A stretch of 64,000 nt of DNA from an uncultured Christensenellaceae bacterium (GTDB lineage Bacteria; Bacillota; Clostridia; Christensenellales; CAG-1252). Positions 18,212 to 26,684 of this stretch are shown here, piece after piece. Location: NCBI GenBank assembly GCA_964391805.1, contig CAYMNK010000005.1, positions 96,979-160,978 of the forward strand, given 5' to 3'. Both the position numbers and the translations under genes were made by a program. The notes under the pieces are model-generated. The model worked only from the letters and a program-made list of their open reading frames with translations, did not search any database and was not told where the DNA came from. Position 1 is the first letter of the stretch; each line of letters opens with the position of its first letter.

Positions 18212-19519
18212 ATGAGTATTATTGCAGGTATATCTACGCCTATTGGAAACGGAGCGATTAGTATCGTGCGTATGTCCGGAGAGGGCGCGCTTGAAATTGC
18301 GCTCCGTTTTTTTTCGTGTAAACGAATTAGAGAAGGTGAATTGATACCTAATTATATGTATCTTGGAAGTTTTCACGGTGATAATTTCAAGGATCGCTGC
18401 CTTTTTGTATATTTCAAAGCCCCTCGAACTTATACCGGAGAAGATTTGGTTGAATTTCATCTTCACGGCGGAGTAACCGTTACACAAAAAGTTTTACACA
18501 CCTTATTGCAAAATGGGGCGGTAATGGCAGAGAACGGCGAATTTACCAAGCGTGCATTTCTTAACGGCAAGATCGGCTTAGACGAAGCCGAAGGTATTTT
18601 AGGTATCATTAATGCCGAAAGCGAAACAGAAATAAGCGCGGCATACAGCGTTATGCAAGGTACGGTCTCTAAAAGGGTTAAACCAATTGCCGATAGACTT
18701 TTGAGCGTGGTAAGTATGCTTGAAGCGTGGTTCGATTATCCTGAGGAAATGGAAGACGAAGTTAATTCCGACGTTTTTCCCGAATTAGAGTCAATTAAGG
18801 TGGATATAGAAGCATTATTATCCACAGCTAAGCAAGGCAGAATGGTTCATAACGGCATATCTGTTGCCCTTGTGGGTAGACCTAACGTCGGTAAATCGTC
18901 ATTACTCAACGCATTTTTGAGAGAAGAGCGCGCGATAGTTACCGATATTCCAGGTACTACAAGAGATACCATTGCCGAAAGTATAGTTTATAAGGGAGTG
19001 CGTATCAATTTATTAGATACGGCAGGCATTCGCGAAAGCACCGATATAGTGGAGTGCAAGGGAATAGAGCGTTCTTTAGATGCAGTTGCTAAGGCTGATA
19101 TCGTAATTTACGTATTGGACGCGTCGATATCCGAAATACCCGATGAAACAATGATCGAGGGTGCGCATGGTAAAATAATCTACGTCAATAACAAGGTAGA
19201 TTTAGCAGAGGGAAATGGTGAATACCGCAATGTTTCTGCCCTTAAACGTATAGGTATAGACGAATTGCTCGATGAAATAGTTAGTGCAGTAGGCGATAAA
19301 AGAATGTACGGAGAAATGCTTACAGTCGATCGTCACATATCCGCTGTATCGTCGGCATTGGACAGTTTGAATAATGCCTTAAATAATCGCTTTGCATCTT
19401 TTGATTGCTTGTTAGTCGACCTTAAAGAATGTTTAACCGCTTTATTGGAAATTGACGGAGGAGCGGCCTCCGAAAAGATAATTGACGATATATTCTCGCG
19501 TTTTTGCGTAGGTAAATAG
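18212..19519 (+). CDS. mnmE: tRNA modification GTPase MnmE
   Basis: GRPNVGKSSLLN P-loop, DTAGIRE, and the C-terminal FCVGK. Confidence 0.93.
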   Translation: MSIIAGISTPIGNGAISIVRMSGEGALEIALRFFSCKRIREGELIPNYMYLGSFHGDNFKDRCLFVYFKAPRTYTGEDLVEFHLHGGVTVTQKVLHTLLQNGAVMAENGEFTKRAFLNGKIGLDEAEGILGIINAESETEISAAYSVMQGTVSKRVKPIADRLLSVVSMLEAWFDYPEEMEDEVNSDVFPELESIKVDIEALLSTAKQGRMVHNGISVALVGRPNVGKSSLLNAFLREERAIVTDIPGTTRDTIAESIVYKGVRINLLDTAGIRESTDIVECKGIERSLDAVAKADIVIYVLDASISEIPDETMIEGAHGKIIYVNNKVDLAEGNGEYRNVSALKRIGIDELLDEIVSAVGDKRMYGEMLTVDRHISAVSSALDSLNNALNNRFASFDCLLVDLKECLTALLEIDGGAASEKIIDDIFSRFCVGK

Positions 19520-19522
19520 TAT

Positions 19523-21376
19523 ATGGATAAGTTTTTTGATGCAGTAGTAATAGGCGCAGGTCACGCAGGGTGCGAGGCGGCGTTGGCAATAGCAAGGATG
19601 GGTAAGACCGTCCTTTTGACTGCGACCGAAGAAGAAACGGTAGCATATATGCCTTGTAATCCGCATATCGGTGGCACGGGTAAGGGCCATTTAGTTCGCG
19701 AAATAGACGCCTTGGGCGGTGAAATGGGCATTAATGCCGATAAAACGCTTTTACAAATCAAAATGCTCAACACCACTAAAGGTCCTGCCGTACAAAGTTT
19801 AAGAGGACAAGCCGATAAGAGTGCATATCACAAAAGCATGCTCCAAACACTTCGCAATCAAGAAAATCTTACCCTCGATTTCGGAGAAGTTACCGCCGTA
19901 CACGAAATAGACGGCGCTGTTAATTCGATCACCTTTAACGGCGAAGAGATTAAAACCAATGCCGTAATCGTTTGCGCAGGCGTTTACATGAACGCAAGGA
20001 TAATAAGAGGCGACGAAGAATATTTCGAAGGTCCGTCCGGATTCCGTCCTTCATTAGAATTAAGTAAGCAATTACAAGAAATCGGTATTCGATTCCGTAG
20101 ATTTAAAACAGGCACTCCTGCCAGAATTTATAGAGACAGTATCGATTTTTCCTTGATGGAAAAAGAAGACGGAGAGGATAGCGTATATAGTTTTTCGTGT
20201 CTATCGGATACTAAACTTGTAGAACAATTTCCTTGCTACTTAACCTATACCAACGAAGAAACACATAGAATAATTAGAGAAAACATCCATAGAGCACCCA
20301 TGTATAACGGCGCAATCAAGGGTACGGGACCGAGATATTGCCCGTCCATCGAAGATAAGGTAATGCGTTTTTACGATAAACCTCGTCATCAAATATTCGT
20401 CGAACCCGAAAGTGCCGATAGTGATTTGATGTATATACAGGGTATGAGTTCATCTATGCCACGCGATGTACAGGAATTAATGTACCATTCGGTTAAGGGA
20501 TTGGAACATTGTAGATTCGCTAAATATGCATATGCTATCGAGTACGACTGCATCGATCCGCTTCAATTAAAAACAACATTGGAGAGTAAGGCAATATGCG
20601 GATTATTCTTCGCAGGACAGGTTAATGGTAGTAGCGGATACGAAGAAGCGGGTGCACAAGGCTTAATTGCCGGTATCAATGCTAAGCGTTATCTCGATAA
20701 CGAAAAACCTTTGATTTTATCGAGATCGGATGCTTATATAGGTGTTTTAATAGACGATTTGGTCACATTAGGAACAAATGAGCCTTATAGAATGATGACC
20801 GCAAGATGCGAATATAGATTGACACTTAGACAAGATAATGCCGATAGGCGTTTGACCGAAATCGGTAGAGAATACGGGCTTGTAGACGATTATAGATATC
20901 AAGCGTACCTCAATAAACAAAAAGAGTGGCAACGTGTTGCAAGCCTTCTCGAAAATTTGCTCATCAAAGCCGAAGTAGCATCTCCAATAGTCGAAAGAGG
21001 CGGTGAACATCCATTAACTCAGTCGATAAAAGCAAGTGATCTATTGAAACATAACGGAGTCAGCTATAAGGACCTCATGATGCTTCCCGAATTGCAGTCG
21101 GTTAGCGAATCCATATTAATGGAAGTTGCCGTTGAAATCAAATATCAGGGATATCTCAAAAAAGAGCGTGTAGCAATAAAAGAAGCGCAAAAAATGGAAG
21201 ATAGAATTATCCCTGACGATATCGATTATAAATCCATTACCAACCTTAGACTCGAAGCAAGACAAAAACTTACCGATGTAAGACCACGCACTTTAGGTCA
21301 AGCTGCCCGTATCAGCGGTGTCAGCCCTGCCGATATCAACGTATTGATTATAGAATTATTGAAGAGAGGTAACTGA
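19523..21376 (+). CDS. mnmG: tRNA uridine 5-carboxymethylaminomethyl modification enzyme MnmG (GidA)
   Basis: VIGAGHAGCEAA FAD motif, NPHIGGTGKGHLVREIDALGG and GTGPRYCPSIEDK. Confidence 0.95.
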   Translation: MDKFFDAVVIGAGHAGCEAALAIARMGKTVLLTATEEETVAYMPCNPHIGGTGKGHLVREIDALGGEMGINADKTLLQIKMLNTTKGPAVQSLRGQADKSAYHKSMLQTLRNQENLTLDFGEVTAVHEIDGAVNSITFNGEEIKTNAVIVCAGVYMNARIIRGDEEYFEGPSGFRPSLELSKQLQEIGIRFRRFKTGTPARIYRDSIDFSLMEKEDGEDSVYSFSCLSDTKLVEQFPCYLTYTNEETHRIIRENIHRAPMYNGAIKGTGPRYCPSIEDKVMRFYDKPRHQIFVEPESADSDLMYIQGMSSSMPRDVQELMYHSVKGLEHCRFAKYAYAIEYDCIDPLQLKTTLESKAICGLFFAGQVNGSSGYEEAGAQGLIAGINAKRYLDNEKPLILSRSDAYIGVLIDDLVTLGTNEPYRMMTARCEYRLTLRQDNADRRLTEIGREYGLVDDYRYQAYLNKQKEWQRVASLLENLLIKAEVASPIVERGGEHPLTQSIKASDLLKHNGVSYKDLMMLPELQSVSESILMEVAVEIKYQGYLKKERVAIKEAQKMEDRIIPDDIDYKSITNLRLEARQKLTDVRPRTLGQAARISGVSPADINVLIIELLKRGN

Positions 21377-21377
21377 T

Positions 21378-22064
21378 ATGACTATTCAAGAAATACTTTC
21401 ATCCTTCGATATAACTGTAAGCAATTTACAAAAAGAAAAGCTCGACACGTTCTATTCACTGCTCGTCGAATGGAATGAAAAAATGAATCTTACAGCGATA
21501 ACCGATTATGACGAGGTTCTTATAAAGCACTTCGCCGATAGCATTATCGGGTTGCCCTATATGAATGGTAAAACGTGTGATGTCGGTGCAGGTGCAGGAT
21601 TTCCGTCCATTCCTTTATCGGTAATGGGCGTAGACGGAATGGTTTTAGCGGATAGCTTGGCTAAACGTATAAACTTCCTTAACGAGGTTATAGATAAACT
21701 CGATTTGAATTGCACTGCGGTTCATATTAGAGCGGAAGATATGGGTAGAGGTGCGTACAGAGAGAGTTTCGATACCGTTACAGCAAGAGCGGTTGCAAAC
21801 ACTCAAACATTGGTTGAATACTTGTTACCATTGGTTAAAGTAGGCGGTAAAGCGGTGCTATATAAGAGCGGAGATGTTGACGAAGAACTGAAAAACAGCG
21901 AGTTCGCCATAACAAAACTCGGCGGTAAAATAGAAAAAGTTGTGCGTTATGAGTTGTGCGGAATGGAACGCAGTTTGGTAATTATTGATAAAATATCCGC
22001 TACACCTAAGGCATATCCGAGATCGGGTAATAAACCAAGAACACAACCATTGACTAAAAAATAA
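21378..22064 (+). CDS. rsmG: 16S rRNA (guanine527-N7)-methyltransferase RsmG (GidB)
   Basis: Synteny. WNEKMNLTAI and DVGAGAGFPSIPL motifs. Confidence 0.92.
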   Translation: MTIQEILSSFDITVSNLQKEKLDTFYSLLVEWNEKMNLTAITDYDEVLIKHFADSIIGLPYMNGKTCDVGAGAGFPSIPLSVMGVDGMVLADSLAKRINFLNEVIDKLDLNCTAVHIRAEDMGRGAYRESFDTVTARAVANTQTLVEYLLPLVKVGGKAVLYKSGDVDEELKNSEFAITKLGGKIEKVVRYELCGMERSLVIIDKISATPKAYPRSGNKPRTQPLTKK

Positions 22065-22100
22065 CGAATAATTCAATAATAATTAAGGAGACTGAATACA

Positions 22101-23210
22101 TTGATAGATATAGATGCTTTACGAAATAATCTAAACGACCTTAAAACGCTTGTCAAAGAGTTGGGCGTATCTATTAATATATCCAAACTCGAAAGCGAGT
22201 TGGTAGAACTCGAGAAAAAACAGGAAAATCCCGATATTTGGTCCAATGTCAAAGAAGCTCAAGCTGTCATGCAACAAGCCAAAAGATTATCCAATAGGAT
22301 AAATTCATATAAGAAACTATCTTCAGGTATCGATGAAAACTTGGAATTAATTGCGATGATCGAATCATTGGGCGAATATGACGAATTGGAATCCGTGCAA
22401 ACGTCGTATAAAGATCTGAAATCGACTGCCGAAAAAATGCGTTTAGAAACCTATCTATCGGGCGAATACGACGCTTGTAACGCAATTCTTGCCATTCACC
22501 CGGGCGCCGGCGGTACCGATTCGCAGGATTGGGCTGAAATGTTATACCGTATGTATACAAGATATGCAGAGAAAAAAGGATTTACATGTCAATTAATTGA
22601 CCTATTACCAGGCGAAGAGGCAGGTATCAAGAGTGTAACTTTTGAGGTAAGCGGTGATATGGTATACGGTTATCTCAAATCGGAAAGAGGTGTACATCGT
22701 TTAATACGTATGTCACCGTTCAATTCGGACGGATTACGTCACACATCATTCGCTTCACTTGACGTAATGCCGATTATAGAAGACAATTCGGTTATTGAAA
22801 TCAAGCCCGAGGATCTCAAAATCGATACTTATCGTTCGGGCGGGGCGGGCGGTCAACACGTCAACCGTACCGACAGTGCCGTACGAATTACCCATATACC
22901 GACAGGCATAGTTACTCAGTGCCAAAACGAGCGTTCTCAAATACAAAATCGCGAAGTTGCAATGAAAATGCTGAGAGCACGGCTTGCTGAACGGAAGGAA
23001 AAAGAAAACCTCGAACGCAATAAAGCAATAAGAGGCAATATGAAAAAAATAGAATGGGGCAGTCAAATCAGAACATACACGTTCCAGCCCTACACGATGG
23101 TCAAGGACGAACGAACGGGTATGACGACATACAACGTCGACGACGTAATGGACGGAGATATAGACTGTTTTATAGACGAATATCTTAAGAGATCGGTGTC
23201 AAATGAATAA
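22101..23210 (+). CDS. prfB: peptide chain release factor 2, encoded as one uninterrupted frame
   Basis: SPF tripeptide (RMSPFNS) and GGQ (SGGAGGQHVN). TTG start 9 nt after AAGGAGA. There is no in-frame TGA or +1 shift site near codon 26. Confidence 0.9.
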   Translation: MIDIDALRNNLNDLKTLVKELGVSINISKLESELVELEKKQENPDIWSNVKEAQAVMQQAKRLSNRINSYKKLSSGIDENLELIAMIESLGEYDELESVQTSYKDLKSTAEKMRLETYLSGEYDACNAILAIHPGAGGTDSQDWAEMLYRMYTRYAEKKGFTCQLIDLLPGEEAGIKSVTFEVSGDMVYGYLKSERGVHRLIRMSPFNSDGLRHTSFASLDVMPIIEDNSVIEIKPEDLKIDTYRSGGAGGQHVNRTDSAVRITHIPTGIVTQCQNERSQIQNREVAMKMLRARLAERKEKENLERNKAIRGNMKKIEWGSQIRTYTFQPYTMVKDERTGMTTYNVDDVMDGDIDCFIDEYLKRSVSNE

Positions 23211-24237
23211 TTTACAGCATAAGGAAAATTTAACTATATTAGCTATCGAAAGTTCGTGCGACGAAACGGCGTGCGCAATAATGCGTGACGGCGTTATTTT
23301 GGGCGAAAGTATATCCACCCAAATTGAAATTCACAGACTATACGGTGGCGTCGTGCCCGAAATCGCTTCGAGAAACCATGTTTTGAGTATAGATGCCATA
23401 GTTAAAGGTGCTATCGAAAAGGCAGGAATCGAACTAAATGAAATCGATGTAATAGCCGTAACAAAGGGTGCAGGCTTATTGGGTTCTTTACTTGTAGGTG
23501 TTTCTTACGCAAAAGGGCTTGCATATGCACTTGATAAACCTATTATAGGAATTAATCATATAAGAGGTCATATAGCAGCCAACTATTTAGAACATCCCGA
23601 ACTCGATACCCCTTACGTCGGACTTATCGTAAGTGGCGGACATTCAGCCGTCGCTTTGGTAAATTCAAAAACACATTTGGAAATAAGGGGAACTACTGCA
23701 GACGATGCATGCGGTGAAGCTTTTGATAAAGTCGCTCGTGTATTAGGTCTGCCGTACCCAGGCGGTCCCGAAATAGAAAAACTTGCAAAGGAAGGAACGC
23801 CGAGTATACCCATGCCACGTGTTAAAATGAAAAATTCGCTCGATTTCAGTTATAGCGGATTAAAAACGGCGGTAATCAACTATGTACATAACGCCGAACA
23901 AAAAGGTGTAGAAATTAATAAGGCCGATGTCGCTTGTTCCTTCCAAAAAGCAGCGGTGGAAATGCTCGCAGAACATGCGGTAGAGTTGGCACGGTCGGAA
24001 GGTATAAAGAGTATAGCAATGGCAGGTGGAGTTGCCGCAAACGGTGCGTTGAGAGAAACTCTTACAGAGTTGGCTTCAAAATATGACATCAATGTTTATT
24101 ATCCGTCCAAGCGACTTTGTACCGATAATGCATCGATGATAGCATCAGAGGCATATGTTCAAATTAGGAGCGGTGCCGATTTTTCCGACCTTACATTAGA
24201 TGCCCATGCTACATTATCACTTGTAACGGATTGTTGA
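23203..24237 (+). CDS. tsaD: tRNA N6-adenosine threonylcarbamoyltransferase TsaD
   Basis: LAIESSCDETA, GINHIRGH and SGGHS motifs. Confidence 0.93.
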   Translation: MNNLQHKENLTILAIESSCDETACAIMRDGVILGESISTQIEIHRLYGGVVPEIASRNHVLSIDAIVKGAIEKAGIELNEIDVIAVTKGAGLLGSLLVGVSYAKGLAYALDKPIIGINHIRGHIAANYLEHPELDTPYVGLIVSGGHSAVALVNSKTHLEIRGTTADDACGEAFDKVARVLGLPYPGGPEIEKLAKEGTPSIPMPRVKMKNSLDFSYSGLKTAVINYVHNAEQKGVEINKADVACSFQKAAVEMLAEHAVELARSEGIKSIAMAGGVAANGALRETLTELASKYDINVYYPSKRLCTDNASMIASEAYVQIRSGADFSDLTLDAHATLSLVTDC

Positions 24238-24280
24238 TTACATTCCTTTCCATATCCGTATATAAAAAATCATAACCAAC

Positions 24281-24310
24281 AAAAAAGTGCCCTAAAGAGG
24301 CATTTTTTTT
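24281..24310 (+). terminator. weak rho-independent terminator after tsaD
   Basis: A6-gtgcc-ctaaaga-ggcat-T8. The GC stem is short and extended by A/T pairing. Confidence 0.5.
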
Positions 24311-25185
24311 GAATGAAGAGTAATAAGTGAAAATGTGTTGATTCTTTGATTGATGGAGAACGTTATCGTTCGCAAGATTCCATTTATCGTTACCGCCTAA
24401 GATACTGCAAGGCGATGCCTTGCACTGCTACGCAGTTCGACTACGCTTACGATAGTATGACATTTGATGAGTAATATAATTTGTGCAAATAAAAAGCAAG
24501 TGCGATGACTTGCTTTGGGCGGGCGATTACTAATCGCCCCTACTTTTGTAATATTTTGTTGTTCTTTATGCAATTTATATGTCCTTTTATATGCTTTTTT
24601 ACAAGGAATTTAGATACCGACGCTATGCGTCGCTGCTTCGCAGTTCGACTACGGTCTATCGACCTACGCTCAGTATGACATTTGATAGTAAAATGCTATT
24701 CAAAGTTTTAGAATGAGAAGATGGGCAATATTATTTCTGCAAATAAAAAGCAAGTGCGATGACCTGCTTTTGGCGGGCGATTACTAATCGCCCCTACTTT
24801 TGTAATATTTTGTTGCTCTTTATGCGATTTATATGTGCTTTTATATGCTTTTTTACAAGGGATTTAGATACCGACGCTATGCGTCGCTGCTTCGCAGTTC
24901 GACTACGCTCAGTATGACATGATCGTTGCTCCGCTATGCAGTTCGATTTCGCTTACGATAGTATGATAAGATTGGTCGCTGTCGCTTAACAAGGAATAAG
25001 ATTCCGACACCGATGGTGTCGCCCTACGGGTTCGACTACGGTTTTTCACCCTTCGCTCAGAATGACATTGATGGTGCGGGGGACTTAGAATGACATTTGT
25101 TTATCCATAACATTGCTTAGCATTACATCATTTGCAATGACGGGACGAATCAGTATGACTGCGGACGGCGTAGTAACAACATTAA
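24311..25185 (+). repeat. Intergenic mosaic repeat locus R4 (the largest): leader-like module F, about six hairpin units, two tandem copies of the ~200-nt twin-hairpin composite, and a partial module E
   Basis: See findings. Segment 24431-24687 is nearly identical to 30953-31210. Copies of aaaaagcaagtgcgatgac(t/c)tgcttt(t)ggcgggcgattactaatcgcccc lie at 24490-24540 and 24746-24794. Confidence 0.92.
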
Positions 25186-25225
25186 AAGAGGACTAAACGA
25201 ATTAATTCGATTGGTCCTTTTTTTT
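25186..25225 (+). terminator. rho-independent terminator closing repeat locus R4
   Basis: aggac...cgaatt/aattcg...gtcct is a long imperfect hairpin followed by a T8 run (25218-25225). Confidence 0.6.
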
Positions 25226-25320
25226 GAGGATAACAATTGAAAACGTAAACAAAAAATATTGCAAACACATTTCATCAATGATATAATATATTAAAAGACA
25301 ATTAAAAGGTAAGAAGTTAT

Positions 25321-25718
25321 ATGACTAAGAATGTTTTATTTAGAATAATTACATTAATATGTTTGATTCTTTTCTTATGTTTATCACTTGTTGGATGTAC
25401 CGACGATGTAGAGGATGTCGAAGTGGAATCAATAACAGTTAATGTTGGAGAATCAATTGAGATTACTATTGATGCTTATGGTGGAACATTATATACTTGG
25501 GAGTATAAAATTAAACCCAAACGTCGAATTGAGTTTACTTCAAGAAAATCTTATTTCAATAGTTGTCCTGACCACTGTGGTGGAGGTGAATACACTTATA
25601 CATTTGTCGCAAAAAAACCGGCAAATGTGACATAAAATTTTCACTTAAGCATAGATTGGATAAATCAACGAAAAAAATAATAATATATAAAGTTACTATT
25701 AATAATTTTGAACAATAG
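25321..25718 (+). pseudogene. chagasin-family (I42) cysteine-peptidase inhibitor lipoprotein, interrupted by a +1 frameshift in an A7 tract (25611-25617)
   Basis: Lipobox LVGC. YGGTLYTWEY and CGGGEYTYTFVAKK resemble the chagasin NPTTGY.W and G.GG..f.f.a motifs. Frame 1 stops at 25633-25635. The next frame, from 25617, reads TGKCDIKFSLKHRLDKSTKKIIIYKVTINNFEQ*, which is the expected beta-strand C-terminus. Confidence 0.6.
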
Positions 25719-25872
25719 ATGATAATATTGAAATCTAACAACAGTTACGCCATTGTTTTGTGCAGCATTTTCAATTGAACTAAGCAGTGCAACAATTAAT
25801 CAAGTTTTATCACAGAATAACGATAAGTATCAATAAAGTCTAAAACCACAACTATAGTTTTTTATACCGGTA

Positions 25873-25901
25873 TTGCATTTCAATTTAGATTATAGTATAA
25901 T
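25873..25901 (+). promoter_or_regulatory. sigma-A promoter, copy 1 of a duplicated promoter module
   Basis: TTGCAT (25873-25878), 17-nt spacer, TATAAT (25896-25901). The sequence tattgcatttcaatttagattatagtataat recurs at 26621. Confidence 0.65.
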
Positions 25902-25935
25902 ATAAAAAAAGCTATTCATTTTTTGTGGAGAATGT

Positions 25936-26478
25936 ATGAAAAAATTGTGTATTGTAGTATTAATAGTATTGTTGTTTTGTTGTATATTAAGCTGTTTCGT
26001 GGGATGCAAGGAATCCAAAGAGCCTATCCCATTTAATGCGAGAGGTTTGTGGGTAAATGTAAAAGATGAGTTTTTAATTCAAGACGAAAATCGTGTACGT
26101 GATATAGTATATAATGTTGAATTTCCGGATTTATTTGAAGAAGATTCTTATCATCATCCAATGATAGCAGATGATAGCTATCCGATTTATCGTGCAATCC
26201 TTATTAAAGATCGATCACACGCGGATGAAATATTCGAAGACTTAGGAATATTTGATTTTGAAAATAGAATGATAATTGTCATTATATATTCTCAATCTGA
26301 AGGCTATAGTATTTCATTAAGTAATGTGGAAATAATAGTCGATGATTTATTAGTAACTTTAGATATACGCTCAAAATGGCAAACTATGCCTCGCCTTGTG
26401 GTTAGCACAATTTGTTTAGATAAAATAGATATAAATACGGTATTTGTTGATTTTCAATATAAGAAATGGAGGGATTAA
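25936..26478 (+). CDS. hypothetical lipoprotein (180 aa)
   Basis: Signal peptide with lipobox FVGC and a GGAG RBS. I recognise no domain. Confidence 0.7.
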   Translation: MKKLCIVVLIVLLFCCILSCFVGCKESKEPIPFNARGLWVNVKDEFLIQDENRVRDIVYNVEFPDLFEEDSYHHPMIADDSYPIYRAILIKDRSHADEIFEDLGIFDFENRMIIVIIYSQSEGYSISLSNVEIIVDDLLVTLDIRSKWQTMPRLVVSTICLDKIDINTVFVDFQYKKWRD

Positions 26479-26479
26479 T

Positions 26480-26587
26480 ATGAAAAAATTACTAACAATA
26501 TGTGTTATACTCATGGTACTAACAATTGCTTTGTCATTTACGACGTTTGATCAAGCTTTTGCGTTGAATTATAATGAACGTACTTAA
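26480..26587 (+). CDS. 35-aa mini-ORF: signal peptide plus a 7-residue tail (MKKLLTICVILMVLTIALSFTTFDQAFA|LNYNERT)
   Basis: The GGAGGG RBS lies 6 nt upstream. The ATG comes 2 nt after the upstream stop. It is below the ORF-track cutoff and was translated by hand. Confidence 0.4.
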   Translation: MKKLLTICVILMVLTIALSFTTFDQAFALNYNERT

Positions 26588-26622
26588 TAATTCAGACAAC
26601 ACATTAATTATTTTAATCAATA

Positions 26623-26651
26623 TTGCATCTCAATTTAGATTATAGTATAAT
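26623..26651 (+). promoter_or_regulatory. sigma-A promoter, copy 2 of the duplicated promoter module
   Basis: TTGCAT (26623-26628), 17-nt spacer, TATAAT (26646-26651). Confidence 0.65.
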
Positions 26652-26684
26652 AAAGAAAAGCAATTCAACTTTTGGGGAGGACGT

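Noticed and set aside
24311-25185. Could the repeat arrays be CRISPR arrays?
   Set aside because: There are no constant-length direct repeats alternating with unique spacers of regular size. Unit spacing is irregular. The variable parts are self-complementary hairpins inside the repeats, not spacers. No cas genes are present in the window.
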